DNA of 63,447 bases, the filler included, from Octopus bimaculoides (Eukaryota), in the NCBI RefSeq assembly GCF_001194135.2. It is 4 parts of 4 records of this genome, joined end to end, with 100 filler letters (N's around TTAATTAATTAA, not from the genome) between each part and the next. Parts side by side here need not be neighbours in the genome. Positions count along the whole stretch, not along the records: positions 1 to 28,980 come from NC_068981.1; 3 more parts are not named here. One strand, given 5' to 3'. The notes under the pieces were generated by a model. It worked only from the letters and a program-made list of their open reading frames with translations. It did no database searches and was not told the origin of the DNA. Of this stretch, positions 12,886 to 26,280 are shown in pieces. Both the position numbers and the translations under genes were made by a program. Positions within the stretch are counted from its first letter, which is position 1, and the number at the start of each line of letters is the position of its first letter.

Positions 12886-13310
12886 AAGGCGACGCCTTGT
12901 CAGTATCGTTTGCAGGCCGGGCAAAATGCTTAACGGCATTTTGTCCGTCTTTACGTTCTGAATTCAAATTTCGCCGAGGGCGAGTTCGCCTCTCATCCTT
13001 TGTAGGTGGATAAGGTAAGGAACAGTCAAGCACTGGGATCGATGTAATCGACTTATCCTCGCCCCCGAAGTTGCTGGCCTTGTGTCAAATACTTGAAACT
13101 AATTTTTTAATTGAATGTAGGCGGCAAGCGCGCAGAATCGAGCAAAATGCTTAGCAGCATGTCATCCGTCTTTCCGTTCGGAGTTCGAATTCCACCGAGG
13201 TCGGCTTTGCCGTTCATGCTTTCGGGTTCGATAAAATAAGCACCAGTGGGGCACTGGAGTCGTTGTAATCGACTTACCCCCGCTCTCTGGACTTGTTGAA
13301 ACCAATATTT
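12886..13310 (+). mobile_element. Two head-to-tail SINE B copies
   Basis: Heads at ~12886 and ~13119. Both carry the gttctga(a/g)ttc(a/g)aatt and ctgg(g/a)(a/g)tcg.tgtaatcgactt motifs. Confidence 0.85.
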
Positions 13311-14155
13311 ATTTGAATAATTGGATATTTTTGTTATATATTGGGAAGATCATTATTCTAATAGTAAATACATGAATTGATTCTATTTCACTTTTCTATT
13401 ATTCGTTAACCAATTAACTAATTGACTGTTTGACTAATCATTCAGTTAATCAATCAGTTATGTTTGTCAAAGTCCTTTCCTTACCATTTGCCATCTTCAG
13501 TGACATGCCTTCTTACTCCAGGCGAATTTCAGATCTCTTCAAGACTGAATGCTATTTTCCTTCAATCTTAAAGTAGCTTTACAATTATTCTGAATATGAA
13601 TCTTAACCATTGAAACCTAACACTTTAATTTCAAAAGCCAGATGAAGAACTTTAGAATTCAGGTAAATCGCAAACATGTGGTTCTAGGCTCGATCCTTTT
13701 TTAATTATAGGAAGTTTTTTTCCTTTTTAAGTTGTTTGGGAGGATACTGCAGATAGTTATTGTCTTGCAATACTGTATGACAAAAAAAGAAAATATAAAA
13801 AGTTTACGCTAAAACATTTCTACTTCCCAAAGCTATTTAAGCCATGCTTCAAATCAAATATTGTAATGTTTTAGAGAGATAGTTTCTCCTCTTTCCCCAT
13901 TTCTGTTGTTACGTCCTTCTAGCTAGCTGTTGCTTTCGTTATACTTGACTTTGTTTTTAGAAAATGTTTTTCCATAATGTTTCTAATGTTTCTTTTGTGG
14001 GTAACTGATCAACTTTTATGTTGTTACCGCATATTGTTCTACAGTAGTTTTGCGAAATGGTTTCAAAAGCATGGTTTTGAGATTACCGCTTCTCTCGAAT
14101 GCAATAGCTTTTTAACTGATTGTTTAAAGTCGACATTATTATTATTATTATTATT

Positions 14156-14168
14156 ATCATTATTATTA

Positions 14169-14230
<62 letters not shown>
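14156..14230. repeat. (ATT)n microsatellite
   Basis: Trinucleotide run that explains the poly-L and poly-I ORFs. Confidence 0.97.
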
Positions 14231-14231
<1 letters not shown>

Positions 14232-14974
14232 GATCGTCATTTTTGTTGTTGTCTTGTTGTTGCTGTTATTATTTGAGTTCTTGCTGTTGTCCTTTGACGT
14301 GAACAAGTGTGTTCCCTAGAGCTCCTTTTGCCAAGTTTAATGGATGATAAATGCTTTTGCTTCTCGTTTTTCATTCTGAAATACTGACAAAAGCTTTCGA
14401 ATTAAGAATCCACCCCAATTCCCTATGATAGAAAATGTTTGTTTTAACATTGTTTTCTAAATTTAACTGTATGTATTGCTACTATCGGCAATTTGCAAAA
14501 TTTAGTAGCACATGAAGTTACATAAGAAGGGAGATGTTGTTACAGTTGTGGTGTACAGATATGAAAGAAGTGTCTTTGCTGAAGTACCATGAGGTAAAAT
14601 GTTTTAGTATATATATTTTCTCTAATCTGGTAGTTTTCAGAATTTCAGCAGGTACTTATGAAAGTGAAAGCATGATTGGAAAGTTTCAAGCGAGTACTGA
14701 GGTATTGCTTTAAGGGTTTTTGTTGTTTTTTTATGGTGTATGTTCATCTCCACTGTACCTAAATAGCATCAACTGCACCCATTAATATATGCACTAGTTT
14801 GATCTTTACTACTACCATCGTGTTGTCTGTGTTCATGCTCTCAAGTTTCACAATATATGATAGAGCTACAGATTTAGTTAAGTATACACAAAAAAAATTA
14901 ACGGAGACCCAGAATGTGTTGGTGAAAGATTTATTTAATTAAACACATGAGGAAGGCAGCTGCCAATCAACTCC

Positions 14975-15432
14975 TGCTTCGAAGAAGTCCGCTTAACTGG
15001 AAGCCAAATTCGACGACTGAAGAAAGCAAGTGGTCACCACTGACCATTGATGCGTTGTTTCAAAGTGCCCCCAATGGCTGTATCGGAGGCACCGGTTGTA
15101 AGTGCAGTCCAAGCTGACTTATAAGGATGAGACAAAATGGTTGCTTTAGCTAGGGCTTGTTTTGTGGAGTTGAAGGCTGAGGTCATTGCGCCATCTCACT
15201 CCACCTGTCTTTTTGAACGATCTTTTGACAATGCCTTGGTATAGGGGTCTTATCAATCTTGCTGCAGAGGGGATGAAGCGATGGTAAAAATTTACCATGC
15301 CCAGAAATTAGTGTAGAGCCTTGCTTGTGGTGGGGCGTGGTAAGGATAAGGTAGCTTTCACTTTTTCTGGCAGGTGGGTAGCACCAGCACCTGTGATTCG
15401 ATGTCCCAAGAAGTCGATGTGCCCAGTCATTA
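14975..15432 (-). mobile_element. Ty3/Gypsy pol fragment (RT C-terminus to RNase H)
   Basis: IDFLGHRI, PEKVKA, FLGMVNFYHRFIP, AFNSTKQALAKATILSHP, T.ASDTAIGG.L.Q and PLAFFSR. Contains stops and a frameshift. Confidence 0.92.
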
Positions 15433-16041
15433 GCATGAGTATGTGAGAAAGTAAGCGAATGTGTGCATGAGGCTATTTGTGAGAGTATGTGTATCGTTAC
15501 ACGAGCTAATAACCTAATAATTTGACCAAGGCCCAGTCTTGGTTAGTCGTCGCTTGAACCTCTCTTACTAGGCAAAGCTGAAATTTTCTCAGATTACCTA
15601 CTCATATATGAGAAGTGTTAACAATATGAGAGTAGGTATTCTATGCGTGCACGAGTGAGTGACCGACTGTATGGGTATGAGTATGTACGTAACATCGAGG
15701 AAAGTATTTATCGTTTATTGTACAATTTGCACGGAAAGCAAAACAATTCTGCAATAAAGATATTTAAATACCACTCTCTATCTTTAAGAAAATGTAATTT
15801 TCTTTCTTTAAAAAATGTGCTTTAAAAAATACGGAAGTGGAACTAGCACTATTCTAACAAGAATATATTTCAGTAAACAATAGCAACCGGTCTGAGGAGT
15901 TGCTGTTGCAGCTTTGAAAGAAATCGTCAGTCATCAATGGGCGTTGAACGTTTATATTTTGCCTAAAGACATTCTTTCTATAGAGGTATTGAGTTTTCTC
16001 TTTTTACTCTAATATCGCTTGTTAATTAACAATACGATAAT

Positions 16042-16088
<47 letters not shown>

Positions 16089-16299
16089 CAAAATTGAGCA
16101 TTTACGATGATTTAAAATGACAGTAATTAGTACCTGTTCGCAGAAAACCGAGCTAAAAATTTATTCATGTTATTCTTGACTTTACAATGAATGAAATACT
16201 TTCAAATTTAAAATTCCAAAATATGTAAATCTTCATTGTTGATAAAAATCAAGCGCAAATGGATGCTATTTTATTGTTTTCACTATTAATGGATGTGGC

Positions 16300-16490
16300 C
16301 TGGCAGAATCCTTAGTGTACCGGACAAAAATCGTCAGCGGTATTTCTTCTGGGATCAAATTCCGCCGAGATCGAATTTGTCTTTCATCCTTGCGGAGTCG
16401 TTAAAATAAGTACCAGCTGAGCACTGTGATCGATGTATTTGATTATCCCACCTCCCCAATAAATTTCAAGCTTTGTCCCTATAGAAGCAA
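16300..16490 (+). mobile_element. SINE B, diverged
   Basis: tggcagaatccttag...aaattccgccgagatcg...aataagtaccagctgagcactg. Confidence 0.8.
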
Positions 16491-17240
16491 AAAATGAATA
16501 TCATTCCAATTAATTTTCATAGCCTTGGTTACTGGCATCTTATAAGCAACAGTTTTTGATTAAAGCACAAGGCCATCACTTTTAGGGACGGAGTTAGTCG
16601 AAACTGTCGATATCAGTATTTCGTTGATGCTTTATTTCATCAACCCAGATGAAATAGAGTGTAAAGGGTTCAACTCCCGTCTAAGTCACAGTGCCAGTCA
16701 AGTATAACGGATCGATGATATTGACTACCCCCATTCTCTAATTTGCCGGTCTAAATCAGAAACAATTACGTAAATCGTAGTATACAAACCATTATACTAC
16801 GATATAATATTTGAGTTTATATCGTTGTATATAAACTTTGAGTTTGACTAACTTTTGAGTTAGAGAATAGTAAAGGAAACTGTAAAATCCGAGAGATGGA
16901 TATGTCATATGATATATGAAATAATAGTAATAACGAACGTAGCCTTGTGTGCACAAAACATATTTATGTAAAAAGAAATTATATTTGTTTTATTATATAA
17001 TGCCTACGTGTATCATGTGAAATATAAACACAACACCTTTCTGTTGACAATATATTGCAATCTTGCAATTTATCACCTACTATACGATTTCGGTTAATTA
17101 CATGGGGTAATCGTTCAGGCTATAAATGTATTCATACACAAACTCTATGCATATGTGTACACGCACGTGTATACATAAATATATATGTATGTATGTACGT
17201 ACGTATGTATATATTATGTATACATATATACACATGTACG

Positions 17241-17313
<73 letters not shown>

Positions 17314-17322
17314 GGATGGATG

Positions 17323-17403
<81 letters not shown>
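17241..17403. repeat. (GATA)n microsatellite running into a gap
   Basis: Long GATA run. Confidence 0.97.
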
Positions 17404-17755
17404 NNNNNNNNNNNNNNNNNNNNNNNNNNNNNNNNNNNNNNNNNNNNNNNNNNNNNNNNNNNNNNNNNNNNNNNNNNNNNNNNNNNNNNNNNNNNNNNNN
17501 NNNNNNNNNNNNNNNNNNNNNNNNNNNNNNNNNNNNNNNNNNNNNNNNNNNNNNNNNNNNNNNNNNNNNNNNNNNNNNNNNNNNNNNNNNNNNNNNNNNN
17601 NNNNNNNNNNNNNNNNNNNNNNNNNNNNNNNNNNNNNNNNNNNNNNNNNNNNNNNNNNNNNNNNNNNNNNNNNNNNNNNNNNNNNNNNNNNNNNNNNNNN
17701 NNNNNNNNNNNNNNNNNNNNNNNNNNNNNNNNNNNNNNNNNNNNNNNNNNNNNNN

Positions 17756-17801
<46 letters not shown>

Positions 17802-18289
17802 CTTTAACCTAACCATCAGAACATCACCCCTCTGCTAAAATTATATTTTTAACTCTCCTCCTCTACCTTCAAGTAACTTTTTTAGCCACGTAATATTACG
17901 TTCCCCCTGTTTCACGTCATGGACGCTTTTCTCTCCTCTTTTTCTTTCTCCTTTCTGTCTCACTCTTTGCCTTATCCTCTTTTTCCCGCTCTTTTTTTTC
18001 TGCTCTCTTTCCCTTCAACTAAACACGTGAAAGCATTACAATTACATTCCCTCTACCTCATGTCATGGACGCTTCTCTCTCCTTCTTTTTCTCTAATCAT
18101 ACGAAAGCGTTACCGACGGGCTAAGTAACGCAATGACAAGCAGAATAATAAGATTGATTGAATGATATCATTGAATCACCGTTGTAAATGGCTGACATAC
18201 ACACTGATTCATGTACTATTAATTGTTAGATGACATCAGCATGTTACAAATGTGACATGGCTGCACACTTGAATTACCGATAAAACCCA

Positions 18290-18452
18290 TTGGACGGGCT
18301 TCTTCTTAGTTTCCGTCTACTCAATTTCACTCGAAAAATGACTTTGATCGATACAAGGCAATGAGAAAAGATACTAACCTAAGATGTCGTACAGTAAGAC
18401 CAAACACAGGACCTCGAAATTAACAGACCGAATTCTTCACTGATGAGCCACA
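18290..18452 (-). mobile_element. SINE A head, old
   Basis: gacgggcttctt.ttagtttccgtctac is the reverse complement of the family A segment. Confidence 0.6.
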
Positions 18453-18534
18453 TACACATGCGCATTCACACACTCACACGCACACACACATACACACACA
18501 CACACACAAATACTCATGCCCATCTTATTATTCT

Positions 18535-18700
18535 TACTACCAAAGGCACAAAGCCTGAAATTTTGCGGGAGGTTCTCATTTTATCGAGCCCAAAAGGATG
18601 AAGGGAAACAACTTTAGCGAAATTTGAATTCAGAGTCTAAAACCGGAAGAAATGCCGCTAAGCATTTCTTCAGGTTTCTAACAATCTTACAAGTTTACTG
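18535..18700 (-). mobile_element. SINE B, deleted copy
   Basis: ggcacaaagcctgaaatttt...aaggatgaa...aatttgaattcaga...aaatgccgctaagcattt. Confidence 0.75.
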
Positions 18701-19029
18701 CCTTTTATGTGTATATATATTTTCAATAATATTTTCTTAGTAAAGTTTATTTGCCAACAGAATGTGGCGGTCCTATATAGGACGATGTTACTGTTGTTTA
18801 AGCACCAGGAAAACATCTTTTCCAGCTAGCTATCGACACACAGTCTATGTCTGTATAATGTTTGCAAGGGAGGTCATCGCTCCCATCTCCAGCCGTACGT
18901 GATACCTACAAACCATGGTTTCAAGGTGGTTACCCGTCCTCGGTTTGAGACAATCACTGGCTGTTGATGAAACTTTTTCCACTCGCAAACACTATATATT
19001 CTGTCATCAGATAAAAAGCCTGATATACT

Positions 19030-19650
19030 TGGAGGAGAGAGTTAGTCGATTACATCAACCCCAGTGTTCGACTAGTACTTATTTTATCGAATTCGAAAGG
19101 ATACAAGGCAATGTCGACCTCGGTGACATTTGAGCTCAGAACATAAAGCCGGACAAAATGCTGCTAAGTATTTTCTCCGGTATGCTAAAGATTCTGCCAG
19201 CTCAACGCGTTGATAATAATGGTTTCAAATTTTGGCACAAGGCCAGCAATTTTGAGAGAAAAAGCTAATCGATTATATCGACCCAAGTTATCAGCTGGTA
19301 CTCATTTTAGGAACCCCGGAAAATGAAAGGCAGAGTCTACCTCGGCGGAATTTGAACTCAGAACGTAAAGACGAATGAGATGCCGCTAAACATTTTGCCT
19401 GGCGTGCTAACGATTCTTCCAGCACGTCGCCTAAAAATACTGATTTTAAATTTTGACACAAGGCCAGCAGTTTCGGTTTTTAGGGGTAAGTCGATCACAT
19501 CTATCCCAGTGTTTGACTGGTACTTATTCTATCAATCCCGAAAAGATGAAAAACAAAGTCAGCCTCAGTGGTATTTGAACTCAGAACATAAAGACTAAAG
19601 AAATGCTGCTAAGCATGTTGTACAGTGTTCTAACAATCCTACAAGCTGTC
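19030..19650 (-). mobile_element. Three tandem SINE B copies
   Basis: The motif gacctcgg.gg.atttga.ctcagaac.taaag recurs at ~19115, ~19340 and ~19560. Confidence 0.88.
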
Positions 19651-20527
19651 CACCTTTAATGTATACATACGTATAATGTCACTTTCTGTATTAAAATATT
19701 CAGATTAGATTTTCAAATCAAAGAATTGAAAGAAAGTGACGGCTTATGTAGCAAAGAAATATAATTATTCATGTAGTCAAGAATGCATTTAATCCTACCC
19801 TAATCCAAATGCTCATTCAACTTTACCAAAGAAATCTGCTCAAAGCCATGAGATCTATAATAATGATTATTCGATAAAACTGGATGAGAGAAACCAACTT
19901 CAGAAAGATAGCGAGATTTATTCATTGATATAAATATATAATTTCTAAGATTTTAATCATCTATAATCAATAAAGGGATTGATATATTGATATAATTAAA
20001 TAATTTCTGAGATCTTAATCAGCTATAATCAATATGGTCATTGACAATGAATATGCCCAATATTACATATGAAGAAGCGCAATCAGTAATATATAGATAG
20101 GTAGACAGATAGATAGGTAAATAGATAGATAGATACATACATACATACATAAACATATATGTTTGCGCGTGTGTACATGTATGTATGTCTGTGTATATAT
20201 ANNNNNNNNNNNNNNNNNNNNNNNNNNNNNNNNNNNNNNNNNNNNNNNNNNNNNNNNNNNNNNNNNNNNNNNNNNNNNNNNNNNNNNNNNNNNNNNNNNN
20301 TATATATATATATATATATATATATATACGTATGCATGTATGTATGTATGTATGTATGTATGTATGTATGCATGCACGCGCGCTTGTGTGTTTGTGCGTG
20401 TATATATTATGCTTAGATATATTAATTTCATACTCTAAACTGACACCGATTGTTTGCCTGTTCATTCTGTTTTTTCTTTCTACTATACATGATGTACATG
20501 CATCCATCCGTGCATACATGCACACAT

Positions 20528-20566
<39 letters not shown>

Positions 20567-20896
20567 AATGCGTGTATTTTATATAGATAGATATACAGAC
20601 AGATAGATAGATACCTACATACATGCACACATACATACATACATACATACATACATGCATACATACATACATACATGCATACATATTCATATATATATAT
20701 ATATATNNNNNNNNNNNNNNNNNNNNNNNNNNNNNNNNNNNNNNNNNNNNNNNNNNNNNNNNNNNNNNNNNNNNNNNNNNNNNNNNNNNNNNNNNNNNNN
20801 NNNNNNNNNNNNNNNNNNNNNNNNNNNNNNNNNNNNNNNNNNNNNNNNNNNNNNNTATAAGAAACAAGTTAAAAATGACGTATATTAGATATTATG

Positions 20897-21195
20897 CCTT
20901 TATTGGAGGAAATCTGGCTTACAGCTGTTTCCAGTAGTCATTATGGGTACATTACTGATAAGTTTACTCAATTGGTTTATTGATCAACTGAGGCAAATTG
21001 AACGACCTAAGAAAATTTATACCACTTTCGTCGGAGCCATTTCTGGTTATAACAAACTTGTTGTAACCAGAAATGTCTCTGACGAAAGTACTGGGTTTGT
21101 TCAATTTGCCTCAGTTGATCAATAGACCAGTGGAGTAAACCTATCAGTAATGTAAATATAATGACTACTGGAAATCAAGTTTGCTCCAATAAAGG
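20897..21195. repeat. ~300-bp imperfect palindrome (fold-back)
   Basis: The left arm 20897-21055 is the reverse complement of 21058-21195, including a perfect 26-bp block tattgatcaactgaggcaaattgaac. Confidence 0.92.
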
Positions 21196-21499
21196 AATAT
21201 GTAACGACCCTTGTTTTTAACTTGTTTCTTGTGTGTGTGTGTGTATTCTTTTATTCTTTACTTTTATTTCTTTTAACGCTTTCAGCCAGAAGCTGAGGCC
21301 ATGCTGGACACCGCCTTTCAGTGTTTTTTAGTCTCCTTTCAATACTATTTTTCAGTGAAGTTAGATAGACGAAGCTACTCTCCTTTTTGCCTCTTGTCAT
21401 GATGTGAACTCATCTGGGATTTCAGATAGAAATTTGTCCAGGTGCTTTTTGAGCGCTTCTACATCTACACCTTGCAGATCTCTTAAGTTCTTTGGCAAG

Positions 21500-21985
21500 A
21501 TGTTAAACAGCTGTGGTCCCCTGAAACCCAAGTTGTTGCAATACTGGGTCCTTATCTGAGATGAAGAAAACGGTATCTTTGGTATAATGCAGTGCCGTCC
21601 AGTTCAGTGATTGGTATAGCTTATAATTCCAAACTTGGGAGCTAGACGTTCCATGATCTTCCATATGTATATCACTGCATACCTTTCTCATCTCTCCAGG
21701 CAGTAGAGCTTCAGTTCCTGATGCCTTTCCCGTAGCTCATCTATTTCACCCAGTCAATCTTCTTTGTGTAGTGGCGCTGGATTGCCTCTAGTTCCACCGC
21801 CAGTTTGACGCTCTGCAGCCACCGCAGTTGAGAGAAATAATCCAGACGACTGGTGACAAATGTCCTCCATAGGATCGTAGCAAGGTACCTTATTTCTGAT
21901 CCTGAATGACCTAAGGTTCCATCCAGCTACTCGCCTGCACAGTGTTGCCATATTGGCAATATGCACATGAAATTTTGCATCACTA
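21500..21985 (-). mobile_element. CR1/L2-group LINE ORF2 C-terminal fragment
   Basis: F..HIA, GW.LRSF, LWRTFVTSRLDY.SQL, LEAIQR.YTKKI, LKLYCLER*ERY..IYIWKI. This is the post-RT region typical of CR1-like APE-LINEs. Confidence 0.8.
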
Positions 21986-22004
21986 TATATAGGCACAAAT
22001 ATGA

Positions 22005-22150
22005 CAGTGTGATTAAGAAGTTTGCTTCCCATTCACATGATTCTGGAGTCAGTCTCACTGCGTGGCACTGTTCACATGTCTTCTGCTTTAGCCCCGGGTC
22101 GACCAAGGCTTTTGTGAGTGGATTTGATTGAAGTAAACTGAAAGAAGCAC
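22005..22150 (+). mobile_element. SINE A head, diverged
   Basis: gtgtgattaagaagtttgcttccca...ccccgggtcgaccaaggc...gtggattt...aactgaaagaagc. Confidence 0.8.
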
Positions 22151-22274
22151 TCCATACGCAATACCATTCCACACACGCAACACCATGCAAGATAATCTAC
22201 AATGTATAACATATGAGAGAACAAGTGGTCGGGTTATATCAGATGGCAGAATTAAGCATTTGTAAAATAGTGAG

Positions 22275-22470
22275 TTAACAGAATCGTTAACAAACCGGAC
22301 AAAATGCTTCGCGGCGTTTCGTGTCTTTACGTTCTGAGTTCAAATTGCACCATGGTGGACTTTGCCTTCCATTCTTTTGGGGTCGGTGAAATAAGTACCA
22401 CTAACTACTGGGGACGCTGTTATTTCCTTCCCCTCCCCTCAAAATTACCGGCCCTGTACCAAAAATGTAA
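22275..22470 (+). mobile_element. SINE B
   Basis: cagaatcgttaac...ttacgttctgagttcaaatt...aataagtacc. Confidence 0.8.
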
Positions 22471-24074
22471 AACCATTGCTAGACATTTGTATAAAGAAAG
22501 GATAAATGGTTATTATATATTTGCTGTTGCTCTTTTTGTCGTTGTTGTGACTGCTGTTGTAGTTATTGTTGTTGATGATGATGATGATGATGATGATGTG
22601 GTTGTGTAGCCCGAGGTCAGCCTTGATCAAACAGATACATGCATACATGCATTCATGCATGTATATAAGTATGTGTGTGTATGTGTGTGTTACCACCCAG
22701 GCTCTTATTTTTGAGACACAATATATCGATGATTATCTTATCCAGTGTGACCTTCCCACTTTTAAGACGGTAGAAGCGTCTTCGTTGGGCCTGTAAGTGT
22801 ATAGAATTAATTCAGATATCGTTTAGTGAGAAAAATGATATTGTTTGCGAAAGAAAGTTGGGAATGTGATTAGTATTTGAATAAAAAAAAAAGAATGTTG
22901 CATTTACCATGAATAGAAAGACTACTTGTTGGAATAAGTGTAATATTAATAAAGATAGAAGAAGTCTCTTACGATAGGGATGTATTATTTTCATGTGTGG
23001 CTATTTAAGTTGATATATGAGTATTTGTAACGTGTGGAGGTTTAAAGTTTAGCTTCCGTGAAATATAAAACAAGTTTACGAGAAGCGACTCAGGAAATGT
23101 ATACTCCATTCCATTAGAGTCCTAACGAGAAAACTGATCAGCATGCAAATGGCGTTTTCCCTGGAATAGATAGAATATGTGATATTATTATTGCCAATAT
23201 TTGAATATTGCAATTACATGGGGTGTTATACGAGGGCTTCTATTTACTAAAATTCATATCATTTATCAACGCAGATAGCATTATTTTTCCCCTTTCATTT
23301 TTGTTTTCTATTTTCAGTGTACATTTAAGTAATGCTTACAAATATAACAAATGAAAGACGATAAATAACCATTAATAAGGAATATTTTATACCAATTGGG
23401 AAGAAAGCAGTTTGTAATGGTTCGTTTGAAAGAAAAGTATCTACTATCTATACTGGTGGATAATCTCTAGAATATGTCACGCTGTTCCTTCAACGAAATA
23501 CAAACAAAAAGTAGAAATATATAACTATAACAATGTGTCAAGCGTTTCATGATTAATGCTTATTTTAATGTTGGCGCAGATTCTTGAATTCAACCCTCTC
23601 TCTCGACGTCTATAAAATATTATACAAGCTACTGATTCAATCCAAACTACCGTTTCTTCAACAAATGTTCGTCTTGCCTTTTATTTAAGAAATATTGGAT
23701 TTAATATCACTGTTGTTATTAGTAATGGTGGCGTTGATGGTGGTGGTGACGCTGATGGCGGCGTGGCGGTATGTGGTGGCGGCGGTGGTGGTACTAAAAT
23801 CCAGATCATCACAGATCCGACAGATTAGGATCAAAGACCTACGATAATCTTATCTGTTTTCTTTTTGGCTCGTTTTCTTTTGGTGGAAGATATGTACTTG
23901 CGTGTGAGGTAATATGCACGTATATGTATGTATATGGTATGTATATGCATGTATATGTTATGTATGTTCTCTGTATATGTAGCTTCTTGTTTTACAAACA
24001 ACTGGAAAGACTATTATTTATAGCAAGTAATTGAATGTATGAAGTTGAGTGGAAATAGTTCACAATCGGTGTGT

Positions 24075-24380
24075 GTAGAGTCGGTCGGCTGATATTTTTA
24101 GACTGCATGGTGCTACTTGACTAATGAGATGGTAATCACCAGCATCACTGAGCAGGTTCGCTGTTGAGTGTTGTAAGGCTGGGATGAGAATTAATTTTAC
24201 AAAGACTGAGACATTGGTCCTCTCAAGAAAGCTTCCCATAGTTCTCTGCACGTTATTGGAACATCACTAAGGCGAGTGGCAAAATTTAAGTATCTCGGGG
24301 CTGCATTCGCTAGTAATGGAAAGTAGGAGGCAGAGGTGGATGTTAGAACTGGTGGCACAGTAAGGCATCAGCTGCAGTAT
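24075..24380 (+). mobile_element. RTE-type LINE RT fragment
   Basis: RFAVEC.KAGMRIN..KTETLVLSR and V.KFKYLG..F.S.G...EVD.R, from RT domains 5-7 onward. Degraded. Confidence 0.6.
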
Positions 24381-24440
24381 TCGACCCCCAGGAGAGGGAA
24401 AGGTCGGTTGTATACACATGTGCACTACTATCTCTGTCTG

Positions 24441-24520
<80 letters not shown>

Positions 24521-25096
24521 TACATGCATATAAGAGGGATGACCACTAGGTGGACATCCAATTTGGTAAGTNNNNNNNNNNNNNNNNNNNNNNNNNNNNN
24601 NNNNNNNNNNNNNNNNNNNNNNNNNNNNNNNNNNNNNNNNNNNNNNNNNNNNNNNNNNNNNNNNNNNNNNNNNNNNNNNNNNNNNNNNNNNNNNNNNNNN
24701 NNNNNNNNNNNNNNNNNNNNNNNNNNNNNNNNNNNNNNNNNNNNNNNNNNNNNNNNNNNNNNNNNNNNNNNNNNNNNNNNNNNNNNNNNNNNNNNNNNNN
24801 NNNNNNNNNNNNNNNNNNNNNNNNNNNNNNNNNNNNNNNNNNNNNNNNNNNNNNNNNNNNNNNNNNNNNNNNNNNNNNNNNNNNNNNNNNNNNNNNNNNN
24901 NNNNNNNNNNNNNNNNNNNNNNNNATACAGAGAACATACATAACATATACATGCATACATACCATATACATACATATACGTGCATATTACCTCAGACGCA
25001 AGTATATATATAAATACATACACATACATGCATACACGCACATATTTATGAACACATCTCTACATATACACACGTACACGCTCTCACACTCATACA

Positions 25097-25134
<38 letters not shown>

Positions 25135-25561
25135 GCTCTCAGAGCTCCTAGTTGTCTATAATCATTCGTTTTAATCTATGGATATTGAAGTCTATTTTGT
25201 GATTTAGTTTTTTTGTGTGGTCGTTGTTTTTCACCTCAAATCTTTCTTCTCATCTTGTCATGTTTTAAGTTTTTTACATTTCTTCTTTTGTATTTTTTTT
25301 TTTTTCATTTTACTTTATTCACCTATGATCCTTGCCCAACGTATCTTTCCTCTCCCAATATTTATATTTCTCCCGAAAGCAGCAAAACCTTTAAATCCTA
25401 TTTCTATATGTCAAATGTAAATGCAGCCATTTTTTCCAGTAACCGTTACGAGCAAAGTTCATATTGGTTATCATATTCAAGATGAAGACAAACAAGAAGA
25501 CATAAAAATGTAAAAGAATTGAAGATGAAATAGCTTGTTTTGAAATTCATTGGATTTTCAG

Positions 25562-25629
25562 GTTGAGAAACTCGACATCAGTGCGATATGTCACTCAAAC
25601 GATGCTATCCTATAGCTCGTTCCCCAAAG
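25562..25629 (+). CDS. Candidate host exon (phase 2-1)
   Basis: ttttcag|G acceptor and AAG|gtaagg donor. Exactly one open frame, LRNSTSVRYVTQTMLSYSSFPK. Confidence 0.4.
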
Positions 25630-25751
25630 GTAAGGGATAATGTTATCTTATGCATCAGTTAAATGCATATGCATATAAATATATACACATATATCTCTTT
25701 CATAAAAAAAACCTGCGATACTGGTTAAATTGTGAATTTTAACTATAGAAC

Positions 25752-25765
25752 AGCAACAACAACAA

Positions 25766-25796
<31 letters not shown>

Positions 25797-26090
25797 AAGA
25801 AGAAGAAGAAGAAGAAGAAGAAGAAGAAGAAGNNNNNNNNNNNNNNNNNNNNNNNNNNNNNNNNNNNNNNNNNNNNNNNNNNNNNNNNNNNNNNNNNNNN
25901 NNNNNNNNNNNNNNNNNNNNNNNNNNNNNNNNNNNNNNNNNNNNNNNNNNNNNNNNNNNNNNNNNNNGAGGAGGAGGAGAAGAAGAAGAAGAAGAAGAAG
26001 AAGAAGAAGAAGAAGAAGAAGAAGAAGAAGAAGAAGAAGAAGAACAAGAACAAGAACAAGAACAAGAAGAACAACAACAACAACAACAGC

Positions 26091-26131
<41 letters not shown>
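25752..26131. repeat. Compound (AAG)n/(AAC)n/(AAT)n tract spanning a gap
   Basis: Seen directly. Confidence 0.95.
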
Positions 26132-26133
<2 letters not shown>

Positions 26134-26280
26134 GAGGCATGACCAAGCTGTAAAGGTTTTACACTGGAAGCTTTGCCAGAAATGGGATTTTGAAACAGGA
26201 GACAGATGGTATGAACATCGGGCTGTAAGAGTGCCGGAGTTGGAGAATTGTAAGATTTTGTGGGACTTTCCTATTCAAAC
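26131..26280 (+). mobile_element. R4/Dong-type RLE LINE fragment
   Basis: WRHDQAVKVLHWKLCQKW...KILWDFPIQT, same family as 57645-58678. Starts directly after (AAT)n. Confidence 0.85.
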
